64,000 bases of DNA from NCBI GenBank assembly GCA_965242525.1, contig OZ251459.1:736001-800000 (forward strand), read 5' to 3'. Source of the DNA: an uncultured Candidatus Binatia bacterium (lineage in GTDB: Bacteria; Desulfobacterota; Binatia; UBA9968; JAJDTQ01). The notes beneath the pieces were generated by a model. The model ran no database searches, was not told the origin of the DNA, and worked only from the letters and a program-made list of their open reading frames with translations. Of this stretch, positions 53,549 to 63,493 are shown piece after piece; position 1 is the first letter of the stretch, and every line of letters starts with the position of its first letter. A program made the translations under genes and the position numbers.

Positions 53549-53877
53549 GCGCGACGCGGCAGGCAGGGTTCCGGGAAGGGGAGCGGGTGCGGGTGAAGTC
53601 GCACTTCCAGGCGGGGCATGTGCGCACCCCTTTCTACATCAAGGGCAAGACCGGCTGGGTGCAGGACTGCTGGGGCGAGTTCCTCAACCCGGAGTCCTTG
53701 GGACACGGCGGCGACGGACTGCCGCGGGTCCGGCTCTACCGGGTGGGCTTCCACCAGCGGGACGTGTGGGACCGCTACGACGAGGCCGCCCACGACAAGA
53801 TCTTCGTGGACATCTTCGAGCATTGGCTGGAGCCCGTTGCGGACGGGCCGGGCCCGCTCGGGTCGGAAGGAGGTTGA
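53545..53877 (+). CDS. nitrile hydratase beta C-terminal SH3-like subunit (thiocyanate hydrolase alpha-like)
   Basis: F..GERVRV, GH.RTP.YI.GKTG, LYRV.F, DIFEHWLEP. Confidence 0.85.
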   Translation: MSATRQAGFREGERVRVKSHFQAGHVRTPFYIKGKTGWVQDCWGEFLNPESLGHGGDGLPRVRLYRVGFHQRDVWDRYDEAAHDKIFVDIFEHWLEPVADGPGPLGSEGG

Positions 53878-53879
53878 CC

Positions 53880-54506
53880 ATGGCGCACGAACACGGCCCC
53901 GAGGGCCACGAGCCGGGACCTCGGCACGAGTTGAGCCACTGGGCGAAGCGGGCGTACGCCATGCGCGACCTCCTCATCGAGAAGGGCGTGGTGACCCGGG
54001 AGGACCTGCGGCAGCAGGCCGAGTTCACCGACTCCAAGACCCCGGCCAACGGCGCCCGGCTGGTGGCCCGGGCGTGGACCGACCCCGCGTTCAGGGAGCG
54101 GCTCGTGGCCGAGCCCAAGCAGGCCTGCGCCGAGATGGGCATCGACGCCGCCTCCCTCAACGAGTTCGTGGTGCTGGAGAACACCCGCGAGGTGCGCCAC
54201 GTGGTGGTGTGCACCCTGTGCTCCTGCTATCCGCGGCCCATCCTGGGCAGGCCGCCGGACTGGTACAAGAGCGCCAACTACCGCAAGCGGGCGGTGGTGG
54301 ACCCGCGCGGGGTCATGCGGGAGTTCGGCCTGGAGGTGCCGGACCACGTGGAGGTGCGCGTGCACGACAGCACCGCGGACATGCGCTACCTGGTCATCCC
54401 GGCCCGTCCGTCGGGAACCGAAGGGCTCGGAGTGGAGGAGTTGGAGAAGCTGGTGACCCGGGACAGCATGATCGGCGTCACCGACGCCCTGCCCGCGGCG
54501 CCGTGA
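53880..54506 (+). CDS. cobalt-type nitrile hydratase alpha / thiocyanate hydrolase gamma subunit
   Basis: VCTLCSCYP metal motif, GARLVARAWTDP, RY.V.P.RP. Confidence 0.92.
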   Translation: MAHEHGPEGHEPGPRHELSHWAKRAYAMRDLLIEKGVVTREDLRQQAEFTDSKTPANGARLVARAWTDPAFRERLVAEPKQACAEMGIDAASLNEFVVLENTREVRHVVVCTLCSCYPRPILGRPPDWYKSANYRKRAVVDPRGVMREFGLEVPDHVEVRVHDSTADMRYLVIPARPSGTEGLGVEELEKLVTRDSMIGVTDALPAAP

Positions 54507-54552
54507 ACGCGGCCGCCCTGCACGCGGGTTCCATCGACTGCTCCCGAGACCC

Positions 54553-55728
54553 ATGTTCCACGTTGACCTCTCTCCCTTTGGCGTGGACGTCGAACGCCTC
54601 CGGCGCGACCGCCTGCACCGTTTGCAGCGAGTCATGCGGGCGCACGGCCTGGGGGCGTTGCTGCTCACCGACCCGTTGAACATCCGCTACGCCACCAACA
54701 CGGTGCTGTGGCTCAACCTGCGGGCCACCGGCGTGCAGCGGTTCGCGCTGGCGCCGGCCGAGGGCAGTCCTGTGGTCTTCGAGCGGCTGTTCGGGAGCGA
54801 GCGCGCCGCGGGCCTCGAGAAGGAAGCCTCGGTCCGGGGTTTCGGATCGTACATGTTCGGCATGCGGCCGCCCGTGGCCACGGAGCATTTCGCCGACCTG
54901 GTGGCGGACGGGCTGGCGCAGATGGGCATGTCCGGGGAGCGGGTCGGGGTCGATGCGTTGTGCCTCACCGCGGTGGATCTCTTGCGCAACAAGGGCTTCG
55001 GTGTAGTGGACGGGCTGCCCGCGGTAGGGGAGGCGCGCCAGGTGAAGACCGTGGACGAGGTGCAGCTCATCCGCTGGACCACCCGCGCCAAGGAACGAGG
55101 TTACGACCTGGTGCGCGAGGCGGTCCGAAAGCCGCCGGTCCTGGAAGAGCGCCTCAGCCGCATGATGCTCGAATACCTGCTGGAACAGGGGTTCGAGGCG
55201 GGCAGCGAGTTCATCTCCATATTCGATTCCTCGCAGATGGCGGTCCGGCCCCACCGGGAGCCCATGGGCATGGACCTGGTGATGACCGAAGGCGATCTGG
55301 TCATCTGCGACGCCACCGTGGCCGGTCCCGGCGGCTACTACAGCGACTTCGCGCGGACCTTTTGCCACGGCGCCCCCTCCCGGGCGGACAGGGACCGCTA
55401 CGCGGAAGCGTACGCCACCCTGCAGGAGGCTCTGGACTACGTGGAGCCGGGTCCGTGCGCCGCGCTCTTCGAGCGCTTCGGGCGCGCCGCAACCGGCCGT
55501 CTGCCGGGCCTGGACGGCTTCCACGGCGTGGGGCTGTGCATTTACGAGGCCCCCTGGCTACGGGGATTCGACCCGCCGGAGTACCAGGTCTCCCTGGAGG
55601 AGAACATGATCCTCGCCCTGGAGGTCAACCACCACCCGGTGAAGCTCGAGCACCTGCTGCGGGTCACCGCCGACGGCGCCGAGGTCCTCTCCACCTACCC
55701 CATGGAACCCGAGCTGCGCCCGGCATAG
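54553..55728 (+). CDS. M24 (Xaa-Pro peptidase/creatinase fold) family protein
   Basis: N.RY.T, R.VKT.DE, GYYSD.ART, HGVG. Confidence 0.85.
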   Translation: MFHVDLSPFGVDVERLRRDRLHRLQRVMRAHGLGALLLTDPLNIRYATNTVLWLNLRATGVQRFALAPAEGSPVVFERLFGSERAAGLEKEASVRGFGSYMFGMRPPVATEHFADLVADGLAQMGMSGERVGVDALCLTAVDLLRNKGFGVVDGLPAVGEARQVKTVDEVQLIRWTTRAKERGYDLVREAVRKPPVLEERLSRMMLEYLLEQGFEAGSEFISIFDSSQMAVRPHREPMGMDLVMTEGDLVICDATVAGPGGYYSDFARTFCHGAPSRADRDRYAEAYATLQEALDYVEPGPCAALFERFGRAATGRLPGLDGFHGVGLCIYEAPWLRGFDPPEYQVSLEENMILALEVNHHPVKLEHLLRVTADGAEVLSTYPMEPELRPA

Positions 55729-55831
55729 GCCGCTGTCGGCGTGCTCGTGGATATTGGCAAGGACAACCCGCGCTTCATTACCTGCTACGTCAAGAGGGGT
55801 TCTGTCGTACCGAAGAAAGAGGACGATTGAC

Positions 55832-56056
55832 ATGACTCATGGGCGACAACCCAAGCTGTTGGACGTTGTAGCGGTACTGCGCAGCTCGGAGGATCGGGAG
55901 ATCCAGGTGGGCGACGTGGGAACCGTGGTCGACCTGTCTCCTCTCGGCGGTCTGGAGATCGAGTTCCTGGACCGTGACGGTTGGACTCGACACGTTGGCA
56001 CGCTCTCCAAGGACGACGTCCTCGTTCTCAACCGGGAACGGACTCGCGTTGCATGA
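55832..56056 (+). CDS. DUF4926 family protein
   Basis: LLDVVA.L...GDVGTVVD...EIEF.D.DG.T. Confidence 0.75.
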   Translation: MTHGRQPKLLDVVAVLRSSEDREIQVGDVGTVVDLSPLGGLEIEFLDRDGWTRHVGTLSKDDVLVLNRERTRVA

Positions 56057-56090
56057 GCGTGGCGGGCCGGGTGGGAGGGACCGCGACGGG

Positions 56091-57002
56091 CTACGGGTGT
56101 AGCGGCTTCAGCCAGCGCGCTAGCAGGCCCGGATGAATCCCTTGTAGCTCCTTGCGCTTCTGGATGTCCTGGACGTCCGCGGCCAGGGCGAGAGCGAGGT
56201 CGAAGGCGCGTTCGGGCGGGCTGGCGCCGCCTCGGGGGGCGGCGGCGCGGGCGATGCCCGGGTCCCGGAGCGCCATCCACGCCGGAAACCAGGGCGGGGA
56301 CATGGGCGGCTCCAGGTCCTCGTCCAGCGCCTTCCTCCAAGCCTCCTTCAGGGACTCGTCCGGGAACCCTTCCTGCTCCACCATCGTTTCGAAGTGCGCC
56401 GGCGCCTGCCAGCACAGCGTGAACCACAGCTCCAACGCGGCCGTTCGGCGGTGCAGCCGGTGTTCGGCTTCGGCGAGCCGGTGCAGCAGCACGGGCTCGG
56501 AGCGGGACCCGGCCGCGCTTCGCGCCGTGCGCCGGACGCTCTCCCAGTCCAAGCCCTTGCGGTAGGCCCAACTCGCATGGCGACGAGGCCGGTGCGGGTC
56601 GAAGGCGGCGCCTTCGAGGGCGTGGCCGACCGCGCGCCACAGGGGCGCCAGGAACTCTTCCGCGGCGTCCGGCCACAGGGCCCGCGCCGCGGGTTCCCAT
56701 GCCCGTTCCAGGGTATCGAGGCGCGCCGCGGCCTCGCTTTCGTCCCGGGGAGCGGGCGCGCTCAGGGCTTCGATCAACGCCGCGGCGCGGGGCAGCGCCG
56801 GGTGGCGCGGGTCGATGCCGCGCAGCCGTTCCCGCAGGGTCCCGGCCAAGGCCGCGTCGCCGCGCCACAAGGCGTCCCTCAGGTCGTTGACGGCCAGGGT
56901 CTCGGCGGTGTCGAGGAACAGGTCGAGTTGGGCCGGGTTCCCCGCGTCCGGGGCGGCATGGCGCACGGTCAACGTCTCAGGCGGTTCCACGCATTCTTCC
57001 AT
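56091..57002 (-). CDS. hypothetical helical protein
   Basis: ORF from ATG 57002 downstream of lipA; QLDLF motif near the N-terminus. Confidence 0.65.
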   Translation of the reverse strand: MEECVEPPETLTVRHAAPDAGNPAQLDLFLDTAETLAVNDLRDALWRGDAALAGTLRERLRGIDPRHPALPRAAALIEALSAPAPRDESEAAARLDTLERAWEPAARALWPDAAEEFLAPLWRAVGHALEGAAFDPHRPRRHASWAYRKGLDWESVRRTARSAAGSRSEPVLLHRLAEAEHRLHRRTAALELWFTLCWQAPAHFETMVEQEGFPDESLKEAWRKALDEDLEPPMSPPWFPAWMALRDPGIARAAAPRGGASPPERAFDLALALAADVQDIQKRKELQGIHPGLLARWLKPLHP

Positions 57003-57021
57003 GGCGCCGCTCCGTCCCGCT

Positions 57022-57930
57022 TCAACCGGGGGTGGCCGTATCCGTTTCCCCGCGGTGGGGAGAGAGGCCTTGCTCCACGAAGGACTCCGCGGCCCGGTAG
57101 GAGCTTCGGACCAGGGGGCCGGCGGACACGTGGCGGAAGCCGAGGCGGCGGCCCTGGTCGGCGTATTCCCGGAACCGGTCGGGGTGCAGGAACTCGGCCA
57201 CGGGGAGGTGCCGCCTGGTGGGCCGGAGGTACTGGCCCAGGGTGAGGATGTCCACGTCACGGGCGCGCAGGTCCTGCATGGCGGTGAGGACTTCCGCGGG
57301 GGTTTCCCCGAGGCCCAGGAGCAGGGCGCTCTTGGTGTAGATGCGCGGGGCCAGGGTCTTGACGTTCCGCAGCACCTGGAGGGTCTGCTCGTAGCCGCAG
57401 CGCGGGTCCCGGGCGTAGCGGGTCAGGCGTCGGACGGTTTCGAGGTTCTGGCCGACGACCCGGGGGGCTGCGTCCACCACTTTCCCGAGGGCGTGGATGT
57501 CGCCGCGAAAGTCCGGGACCAGGGCTTCGACCGTCAACTCCGGGCAGCGGCGGCGGGTCTCGCGGATGGTGTCGGCGAAGGCCCCGGCCCCCCCGTCTTC
57601 GAGGTCGTCCCGGTCCACGGAGGTGATCACCACGTAGCGCAGGTTCATGCGCGCCAGGGCTTCGGCCACCCGCACCGGCTCCTCCGGGTCGAGGGCCGCC
57701 CCGGTCCTGGCGGTCTTGACGGCGCAGAAGCGGCACCCCCGGGTGCATACGTCCCCAAGGATCATGATGGTGGCGGTGCCGGAACTCCAGCACTCGCCGA
57801 TGTTGGGGCACCGGGCTTCCTGGCAGACCGTATGCAGCCGGCGCCGCCGGAAGTCGTCCCGGAGGCGGCTGTACCCGGCGCCGGACGGGAGGCGGACTTT
57901 CAACCAGGGAGGCTTTGCGGCGGCGGGCAT
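57022..57930 (-). CDS. lipA: lipoyl synthase
   Basis: [28 protein letters not shown]. Confidence 0.97.
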   Translation of the reverse strand: MPAAAKPPWLKVRLPSGAGYSRLRDDFRRRRLHTVCQEARCPNIGECWSSGTATIMILGDVCTRGCRFCAVKTARTGAALDPEEPVRVAEALARMNLRYVVITSVDRDDLEDGGAGAFADTIRETRRRCPELTVEALVPDFRGDIHALGKVVDAAPRVVGQNLETVRRLTRYARDPRCGYEQTLQVLRNVKTLAPRIYTKSALLLGLGETPAEVLTAMQDLRARDVDILTLGQYLRPTRRHLPVAEFLHPDRFREYADQGRRLGFRHVSAGPLVRSSYRAAESFVEQGLSPHRGETDTATPG

Positions 57931-57991
57931 GGGCAAGGACTACGAACCGTCGATGTTCGGGAGACTCCGGACGATCATCCCCGTTCGTCCT

Positions 57992-59281
57992 TCAAAAGAA
58001 CCCTCCGACGATGGCGTCGCGCCAGAGTCGGCACACCGGCGGGATGATGCCTCGGGGGAGGTCGTCTTCGGTCAGGGACCACGTGTGCACGCCGGCTCCG
58101 AGGGAGACGCAGGCCACCTTGGGGGGAGGGTCCATGGCCCGGAACAGCGCCAGTGAATCGCGGCACCGTCCGAGGGTGACGGTGTCGTCGTTGCGACCGT
58201 GGAGCGAGAGGAACGGGGGCACGGGCTTGACCCCGGGTCCGGACAGCTCCCGCAGGTAGCCCAGGTAGCGGGCCGCGAGCTCCGCTTCCTGGGCCGCGTC
58301 CATCCCCAGGCGGCGCGCGGTGACCCGGGCAGCCTGTTCCAGGGCCGCGGCGCCGTTCTTGTGGACGAAGTCCTCGGCCTTGAACTGGGCGCGCTTCTTG
58401 GCCGTTTCCCACTTCTCCAACGTCAACTCCATCAGCATGGGCAGGCCGTAGCCCTTGTCCTTCAGTCCCTCGTAGAGGTAGCGGGCGGTGTCGCGCCAGG
58501 TGCGCAGCCGCAGGTGGTTGAAGGGCAGGTTCCACTGGTCGCCGGTGACCGCTGTGTAGATGTAGCCGAAGGAGGACGAGCCGTAGCCCAGTATCCCGGC
58601 CACGTTGGCCACGCGCTGGGCCGCGATCATGGCGAAAGGCCCGCCGGTGGAATGGCCGTGGACGTAGAGGGCGTATTCCGGTTCGGGGAACTCCCGGCGG
58701 CAGCTCTCGCGCATGGCTTCGTCGAAGGCCACCGGCCACGCGGCCATGCGGTGGTAGAACTCGGTGCCTTCCCTGGCCACCAGCGACAGCACGGCGCCGT
58801 AGCTGGTCCGCCGGGAGTCGTCCCGGGCCACCTCGTACTGGTCGGGGGTGATGCGCGTCTCACGGGTCCACAGGGGCGTCCGGCCGGCGCCGTCGGCCTC
58901 CAGGGTGTCCCCGGGCCAGTCCCTGGAAGGGTCCGTCAGGTAGAGGCGTCCGGGGAAGGTCATCAGCGTCACCTTGAAGCCGAACTTCCCGGCCAGCATC
59001 CGCGCCACCGGGTCCAGGGACTTGTAGTCCGACGTGCCGCCGTGCAGCAGGAAGACGCCCGCGAGCCTTCCGTCCGGGGCCCGGGGCGCCTGCGCGGGGT
59101 CCGCGGGGACATGGGTCATGGTCCCGATGTCCCAGTCCATGTCCAGGGCGCGGATCCGGAACACGTCCTCCCGGCTCCGGATGGGCAGGTCGGGCAGGGC
59201 CAGGGTGCGCCGGGAAAGCTCCACCACCTCGTCACGGGAGAGGGTTTCGGGAGGAGTCCAGGAGTCGGTCCGCGGGGACAT
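57992..59281 (-). CDS. alpha/beta-hydrolase fold protein
   Basis: LLHGG, GHSTG nucleophile elbow, HG.ND, late His. Confidence 0.7.
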   Translation of the reverse strand: MSPRTDSWTPPETLSRDEVVELSRRTLALPDLPIRSREDVFRIRALDMDWDIGTMTHVPADPAQAPRAPDGRLAGVFLLHGGTSDYKSLDPVARMLAGKFGFKVTLMTFPGRLYLTDPSRDWPGDTLEADGAGRTPLWTRETRITPDQYEVARDDSRRTSYGAVLSLVAREGTEFYHRMAAWPVAFDEAMRESCRREFPEPEYALYVHGHSTGGPFAMIAAQRVANVAGILGYGSSSFGYIYTAVTGDQWNLPFNHLRLRTWRDTARYLYEGLKDKGYGLPMLMELTLEKWETAKKRAQFKAEDFVHKNGAAALEQAARVTARRLGMDAAQEAELAARYLGYLRELSGPGVKPVPPFLSLHGRNDDTVTLGRCRDSLALFRAMDPPPKVACVSLGAGVHTWSLTEDDLPRGIIPPVCRLWRDAIVGGFF

Positions 59282-59312
59282 GGAAGGGGCTCCGGGCGCG
59301 GGCGTTCGGGGT

Positions 59313-60611
59313 TCAGGTTCCGAGCAGCCCCGGTTGTCCGTGGTAGTAGAGTCCGGCCAGGGCGCCGGTCATGAGGGTCGCGAGGGTGGCGCCCACCAGG
59401 GCCGGGAGCCCCAACGACGCGAGCTCGTCGCGCCGGCCCGGGGCCAGGGCCGCGATGCCGCCCACGAAGATCCCCACCGAGGCCAGGTGGGCAAAGCCGC
59501 ACAGGGCGTACGACAGGATCAACAGGGTGCGCGGCGACACCGTTCCGGCCAGCTTGCCCAGATCCTGGTAGGCCACCACTTCGGTGAGGATCACGCGTTC
59601 CCCCAGGAGGCGGCCCGCGGCCACGGTGTCCGCGCCGTCCAGGCCCAGGAGCCAGGCCAGGGGCGTGAACAGCCATCCCAGGGCGCGACGCAGGTGGACG
59701 GGTCCGTCCAGGACCTCGCTCAGCGGGGCGGTGAGCTTGACCAAGCCGTAGTCCACCAGCGCCACCACCCCCAGCACCGCGATGAGCAGCGTGGCAATGC
59801 CCGCGGCCAGCTTGAGTCCTTCCCAGGAGCCGTCCATGAGCGCGGCCATGGTGTTCTGCTTGCGCGGTTCGTCGGACGCGGGGGGCACCGAGCCGCCGGT
59901 CTCCGGCGTCCGGGTCTCGGGCAGTATCAGCTTGGAGGCCAGCACCGCGGCCGGAATGGACATGACCGAGGCGGACACCAGGTGGCCGGCGATGAGCGGG
60001 AAGCCGTCCTTCAGGAACAGCACGTACAGGGCCAGGGTGGTGGAGGCCACCGTGGACATGCCGCAGGTCATCAGGGTGAGCAGTTCCGACCGGGTCATGC
60101 GGTCCAGGAACGGGCGCACGGTCATGGCCGACTCGACGCCGATGAAGATGTTGGACGAACCGGCCAGGGCCTCGGCGCCCGACAGCCCCAGGGTGCGGTG
60201 GAACAGCGCCGCGAAGGCCCTCACCACCAGTTGCAGGACGCCCAGGTGGTAGAGCGCGGCCATGAGCGCGGCAAAGAATATGACCGCGGGGAACACCTGC
60301 GCGGCCAGCACGAAGCCCACCGACTGGGCGCCGCCCGCGGTGGTCTGCCCCGGGTTGAGGGCCAGCGGGCCGAAGAGAAAACGCGCGCCCTCGTTGCCCG
60401 CGGCGAGCAGGGCGATGACCGCGTCGTTGATCCAGATGAGGGCGGTGCGGGTCCACGGCGCCCAGAACACCACCGCCCCGAGGACGAGCATGAGGCCCCC
60501 GGAGGCGAGCACCGGGCGCCAGGGAACGGGACGCCGGAACCCCCCTGCGGCCCAGGCCAGCAAGGCGAGCGCCACGAGGCCTGCCAACGAACCCAGGTTG
60601 AGCCAACTCAT
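59313..60611 (-). CDS. concentrative nucleoside transporter (NupC/CNT family)
   Basis: F.FGPL, P.VIFF.AL...LY, N.F.G..E, YALCGFA. Confidence 0.92.
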   Translation of the reverse strand: MSWLNLGSLAGLVALALLAWAAGGFRRPVPWRPVLASGGLMLVLGAVVFWAPWTRTALIWINDAVIALLAAGNEGARFLFGPLALNPGQTTAGGAQSVGFVLAAQVFPAVIFFAALMAALYHLGVLQLVVRAFAALFHRTLGLSGAEALAGSSNIFIGVESAMTVRPFLDRMTRSELLTLMTCGMSTVASTTLALYVLFLKDGFPLIAGHLVSASVMSIPAAVLASKLILPETRTPETGGSVPPASDEPRKQNTMAALMDGSWEGLKLAAGIATLLIAVLGVVALVDYGLVKLTAPLSEVLDGPVHLRRALGWLFTPLAWLLGLDGADTVAAGRLLGERVILTEVVAYQDLGKLAGTVSPRTLLILSYALCGFAHLASVGIFVGGIAALAPGRRDELASLGLPALVGATLATLMTGALAGLYYHGQPGLLGT

Positions 60612-60887
60612 GTCAGTGTGCGGGCATCCGGTCGGGCCGCGGTATCGTATGAGAGCACGCGCAATGCACGGCGGGCCGCGGTTCCTCCTGGGGAAATACG
60701 CCGCACGCAAGTTGACCGCGCTTCGCGGCCGGCCAAGCTCCTGCGCGGAGGTTCGCCGCGGCGCCAGTCTGGATCGACTAAACAGCATGTCGCCGGCAAA
60801 GTCAAGGAACGTTCGATCGATTCCGGCTGGAATTCCCTCTCCCTGTGGGGAAGCGCGTCCTTCGACTTTGCTTGTTCGGTCGGGAAG

Positions 60888-62663
60888 TTACCAGACTACG
60901 CCCACGCCCCCGCGAACGCTCGCGTCGTCGCCGCTGGCAAGGGCTGCTCCCGCGTTGACGAACACGTGGCGCCCGACCCGGGCGCTCATGCCGATGGCCA
61001 GGGCCTGCTCGCTGTTGTAGTGGCCCGCGCCCACCCCAAGGAAGAACCGGTTGTCCCCCGGCACCACGTTGGGCAACGCGCTCAAGGCCGCTGACATGGC
61101 AGTGGCCTTGTTCAGCCGGTCGCTGAGCGAGGTCATTCGCTCCTCCACTCCCGCCAACCGCCGGTCCATTCCCGTCAGGTCACTGAAGTCCAGAGTGCGC
61201 AGGCGCACCGAGCCGTCCCGGTTGGTGTCCTGCACCACCACCCGCCGCTGTTCTGCGGTTTCCGGCGCCTCGGGACCCGAACCGATGGCGGGAGCCTTCT
61301 CGTAGTCGGCAGCGTCCGTCCGGGTCCCGAGGTCCCGGTTCAGGGGGGTCACCTCGGAGGAAAGCACTGCGGCGCCCCGCAGGGAGGCGCTCCGGGAAGG
61401 TTTCGGTACCTTGTCAGTGTCAGGGGAGGGTTCGGGGTCAGGGGAGTTGTCAGTGTCAGGGGAGGAGGTTGCGGCCTGCGTGGAGAGCCGCCCCTGGCTG
61501 TCCACGGTCACCACCCGGGTCCCTGAAGTGTGGGTGGTCTTGACCAAGCCCGGCAACTTGTAGGTATGCGTACTGGCGCCGACCACCACCTCGTTCAGTG
61601 CGGCCGAGACTCCCGAGCCGATGGCGATGCCCTTGGTCCCGGTAGCCCTCGCGTTCCGGCCGATGGCGATGCCTTCGGTCCCGGTAGCGGTAGCCGACGC
61701 GCCCCAGCCCAGCCCGATGCTGTCCGTGCCGGTAGCCGAGGCCGACCGGCCCACGGCGATACTGTTCAGGCCCGTAGCCCCAGCGTGTGCGCCCACGGCG
61801 ACGCCGCCGTTATGGGTGGCTCTGGAATAGCTCCCCAATGCCATGGCGCCACCGACTGAGTTAGCACGGTTGCCCAACGACATACCGCCATTAGCGTCAG
61901 AGAAGCGGCCCAAGGCGATTCCTTGCCCACGGGCTTGGGCGTTCCTTCCTATTGCAATCCCGGCGTTGGCGTTGGCGTCTGCGCCTATGGCTATGGACTT
62001 CCAACTGGAGGCTCGGGACAGCAGACCGATGGCGACGGTGCCCCGATCCGTTGCCTCGGCTCCATTGCCGATGGCAATGGCGTTGTACTCTGTTGCCTTG
62101 GCGTTCTTGCCCACGGCCGTATTACTGGTTCCAGGGGTCTTCTCTACAGGGTCTGGAAGGTTATCGTCACTCAAGGGGCTGGTCTCTGTGTTATGCTCTT
62201 CGAGATCGGTGACAAGGTACACCTTGTCCTTGTTCTCAAGGTAGGCATAGAGTCGGGTGGTGCGTCGCGAGACCGATTCGGCAAGATAGTCTGCAGCATC
62301 GTCATACGACTTGATCAGTTTTTCGTCGTTCAGGGTGTGGGTCCTATGGAACGTTTCCAGGTCCCTCCGCCTAAGGGTGTATTCTCCGATCTTGACGTCG
62401 ATGTAGCCATGGCGGTGCCCAGGCTTAACTTCAAGGTATTTGCCGACGTTGTCGAATTCCGGGGGGGAGGGCGTGTCATCGGCGCCTTCTCCGAGCTTGA
62501 GCGCCCAGGCCGGAGAGGCGGCGAAGCAGGAGAGGGCGAGCAGGAGGGACAGGACAGCGGCGGCAATGCGCCGGCGAGGCCGCACGGGGGTTGGACTTGG
62601 GAGGGGGATGCGGCGGTCAGGGGCTACACGGTCGGAATCATTCGTCATGTGCTTCGGGTGCAT
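60888..62663 (-). CDS. trimeric autotransporter adhesin (YadA family)
   Basis: Signal peptide, repeated A.AIG..A.A head motifs, coiled stalk, C-terminal anchor ending GVGVVW; AAGGAGG RBS. Confidence 0.92.
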   Translation of the reverse strand: MHPKHMTNDSDRVAPDRRIPLPSPTPVRPRRRIAAAVLSLLLALSCFAASPAWALKLGEGADDTPSPPEFDNVGKYLEVKPGHRHGYIDVKIGEYTLRRRDLETFHRTHTLNDEKLIKSYDDAADYLAESVSRRTTRLYAYLENKDKVYLVTDLEEHNTETSPLSDDNLPDPVEKTPGTSNTAVGKNAKATEYNAIAIGNGAEATDRGTVAIGLLSRASSWKSIAIGADANANAGIAIGRNAQARGQGIALGRFSDANGGMSLGNRANSVGGAMALGSYSRATHNGGVAVGAHAGATGLNSIAVGRSASATGTDSIGLGWGASATATGTEGIAIGRNARATGTKGIAIGSGVSAALNEVVVGASTHTYKLPGLVKTTHTSGTRVVTVDSQGRLSTQAATSSPDTDNSPDPEPSPDTDKVPKPSRSASLRGAAVLSSEVTPLNRDLGTRTDAADYEKAPAIGSGPEAPETAEQRRVVVQDTNRDGSVRLRTLDFSDLTGMDRRLAGVEERMTSLSDRLNKATAMSAALSALPNVVPGDNRFFLGVGAGHYNSEQALAIGMSARVGRHVFVNAGAALASGDDASVRGGVGVVW

Positions 62664-63019
62664 GGTTTCCTCCTTTTCGGAACACCTGGGTTTGTTCGAG
62701 ACCTCTGCATGAAGCGGGTCTCCTTCCGTTACTGTCAACCACGATTCTCCGGCTCCGGTGAACGGCGACGCCTCCTGATTTCGTTCATGGCGTCACCGCC
62801 ATTGTATGTTGTTGCGAAAGACGCCCTTGAGAATGGAATAGAGAGGTCCGGCCCGGGTTCGGCGCCGGGACCGGGGCGCGGAACCCGAGGTCGGACGGAG
62901 TCCGGGTTCGGAACGGAGCGGGACGAGGGCCGGAAAGGAGCGGCCCGGCAGATGGATAAGAGGGAAAAGGGTAGAAAAACCCTTGTAAGTCGAACGGTTA
63001 GAAGGTTTCCGGAAAATCC

Positions 63020-63035
63020 GGGGGGGGGGGGGGGG
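63020..63035. repeat. G16 homopolymer upstream of the adhesin gene
   Basis: Direct count of 16 G. Confidence 0.85.
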
Positions 63036-63493
63036 CAGGTTGCCTCTCGTGGAGAGCCATACGGTCTTGTGCGGGAGTGATCTTCGAACCTGTCATGGGT
63101 TCCGGTCGGGTTGCGGCAACCGACCTGAGCTTGCCGGGAGCATCTACACACAAATCCCGGCGGGTGTCAAGGGGAGATTCGGCCTGTGTGGGTCAGCGCA
63201 AGGTGGTCCGGCTTCGGTCAACCGGTGACGGCGAAGAAGGAGTGATTGTTTCTACGACTCCCTCCGGCGCCGAGGGAGGCTCTTCCGGGACGCCATCTAC
63301 TTCCTTTTCGGTGGCCTGGACGCCTACCCCAATGGCGTCGCTCGAAGACCGCTTGCCCACACGAATTCCTGGGGTGTCCGTCTTTCTTGACATCGCGCAG
63401 GGAGCCGGTTAATACCCGGACGGAACGGGAGCCCGCGCATGGTCCGCGGGGCGTCCCGCAGGGTGCGCGGTCCCGCAACACGAGGAGGCAACC

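Noticed and set aside
63060-63140. c-di-GMP riboswitch upstream of the adhesin
   Set aside because: A hairpin is present but the conserved class I motifs were not found
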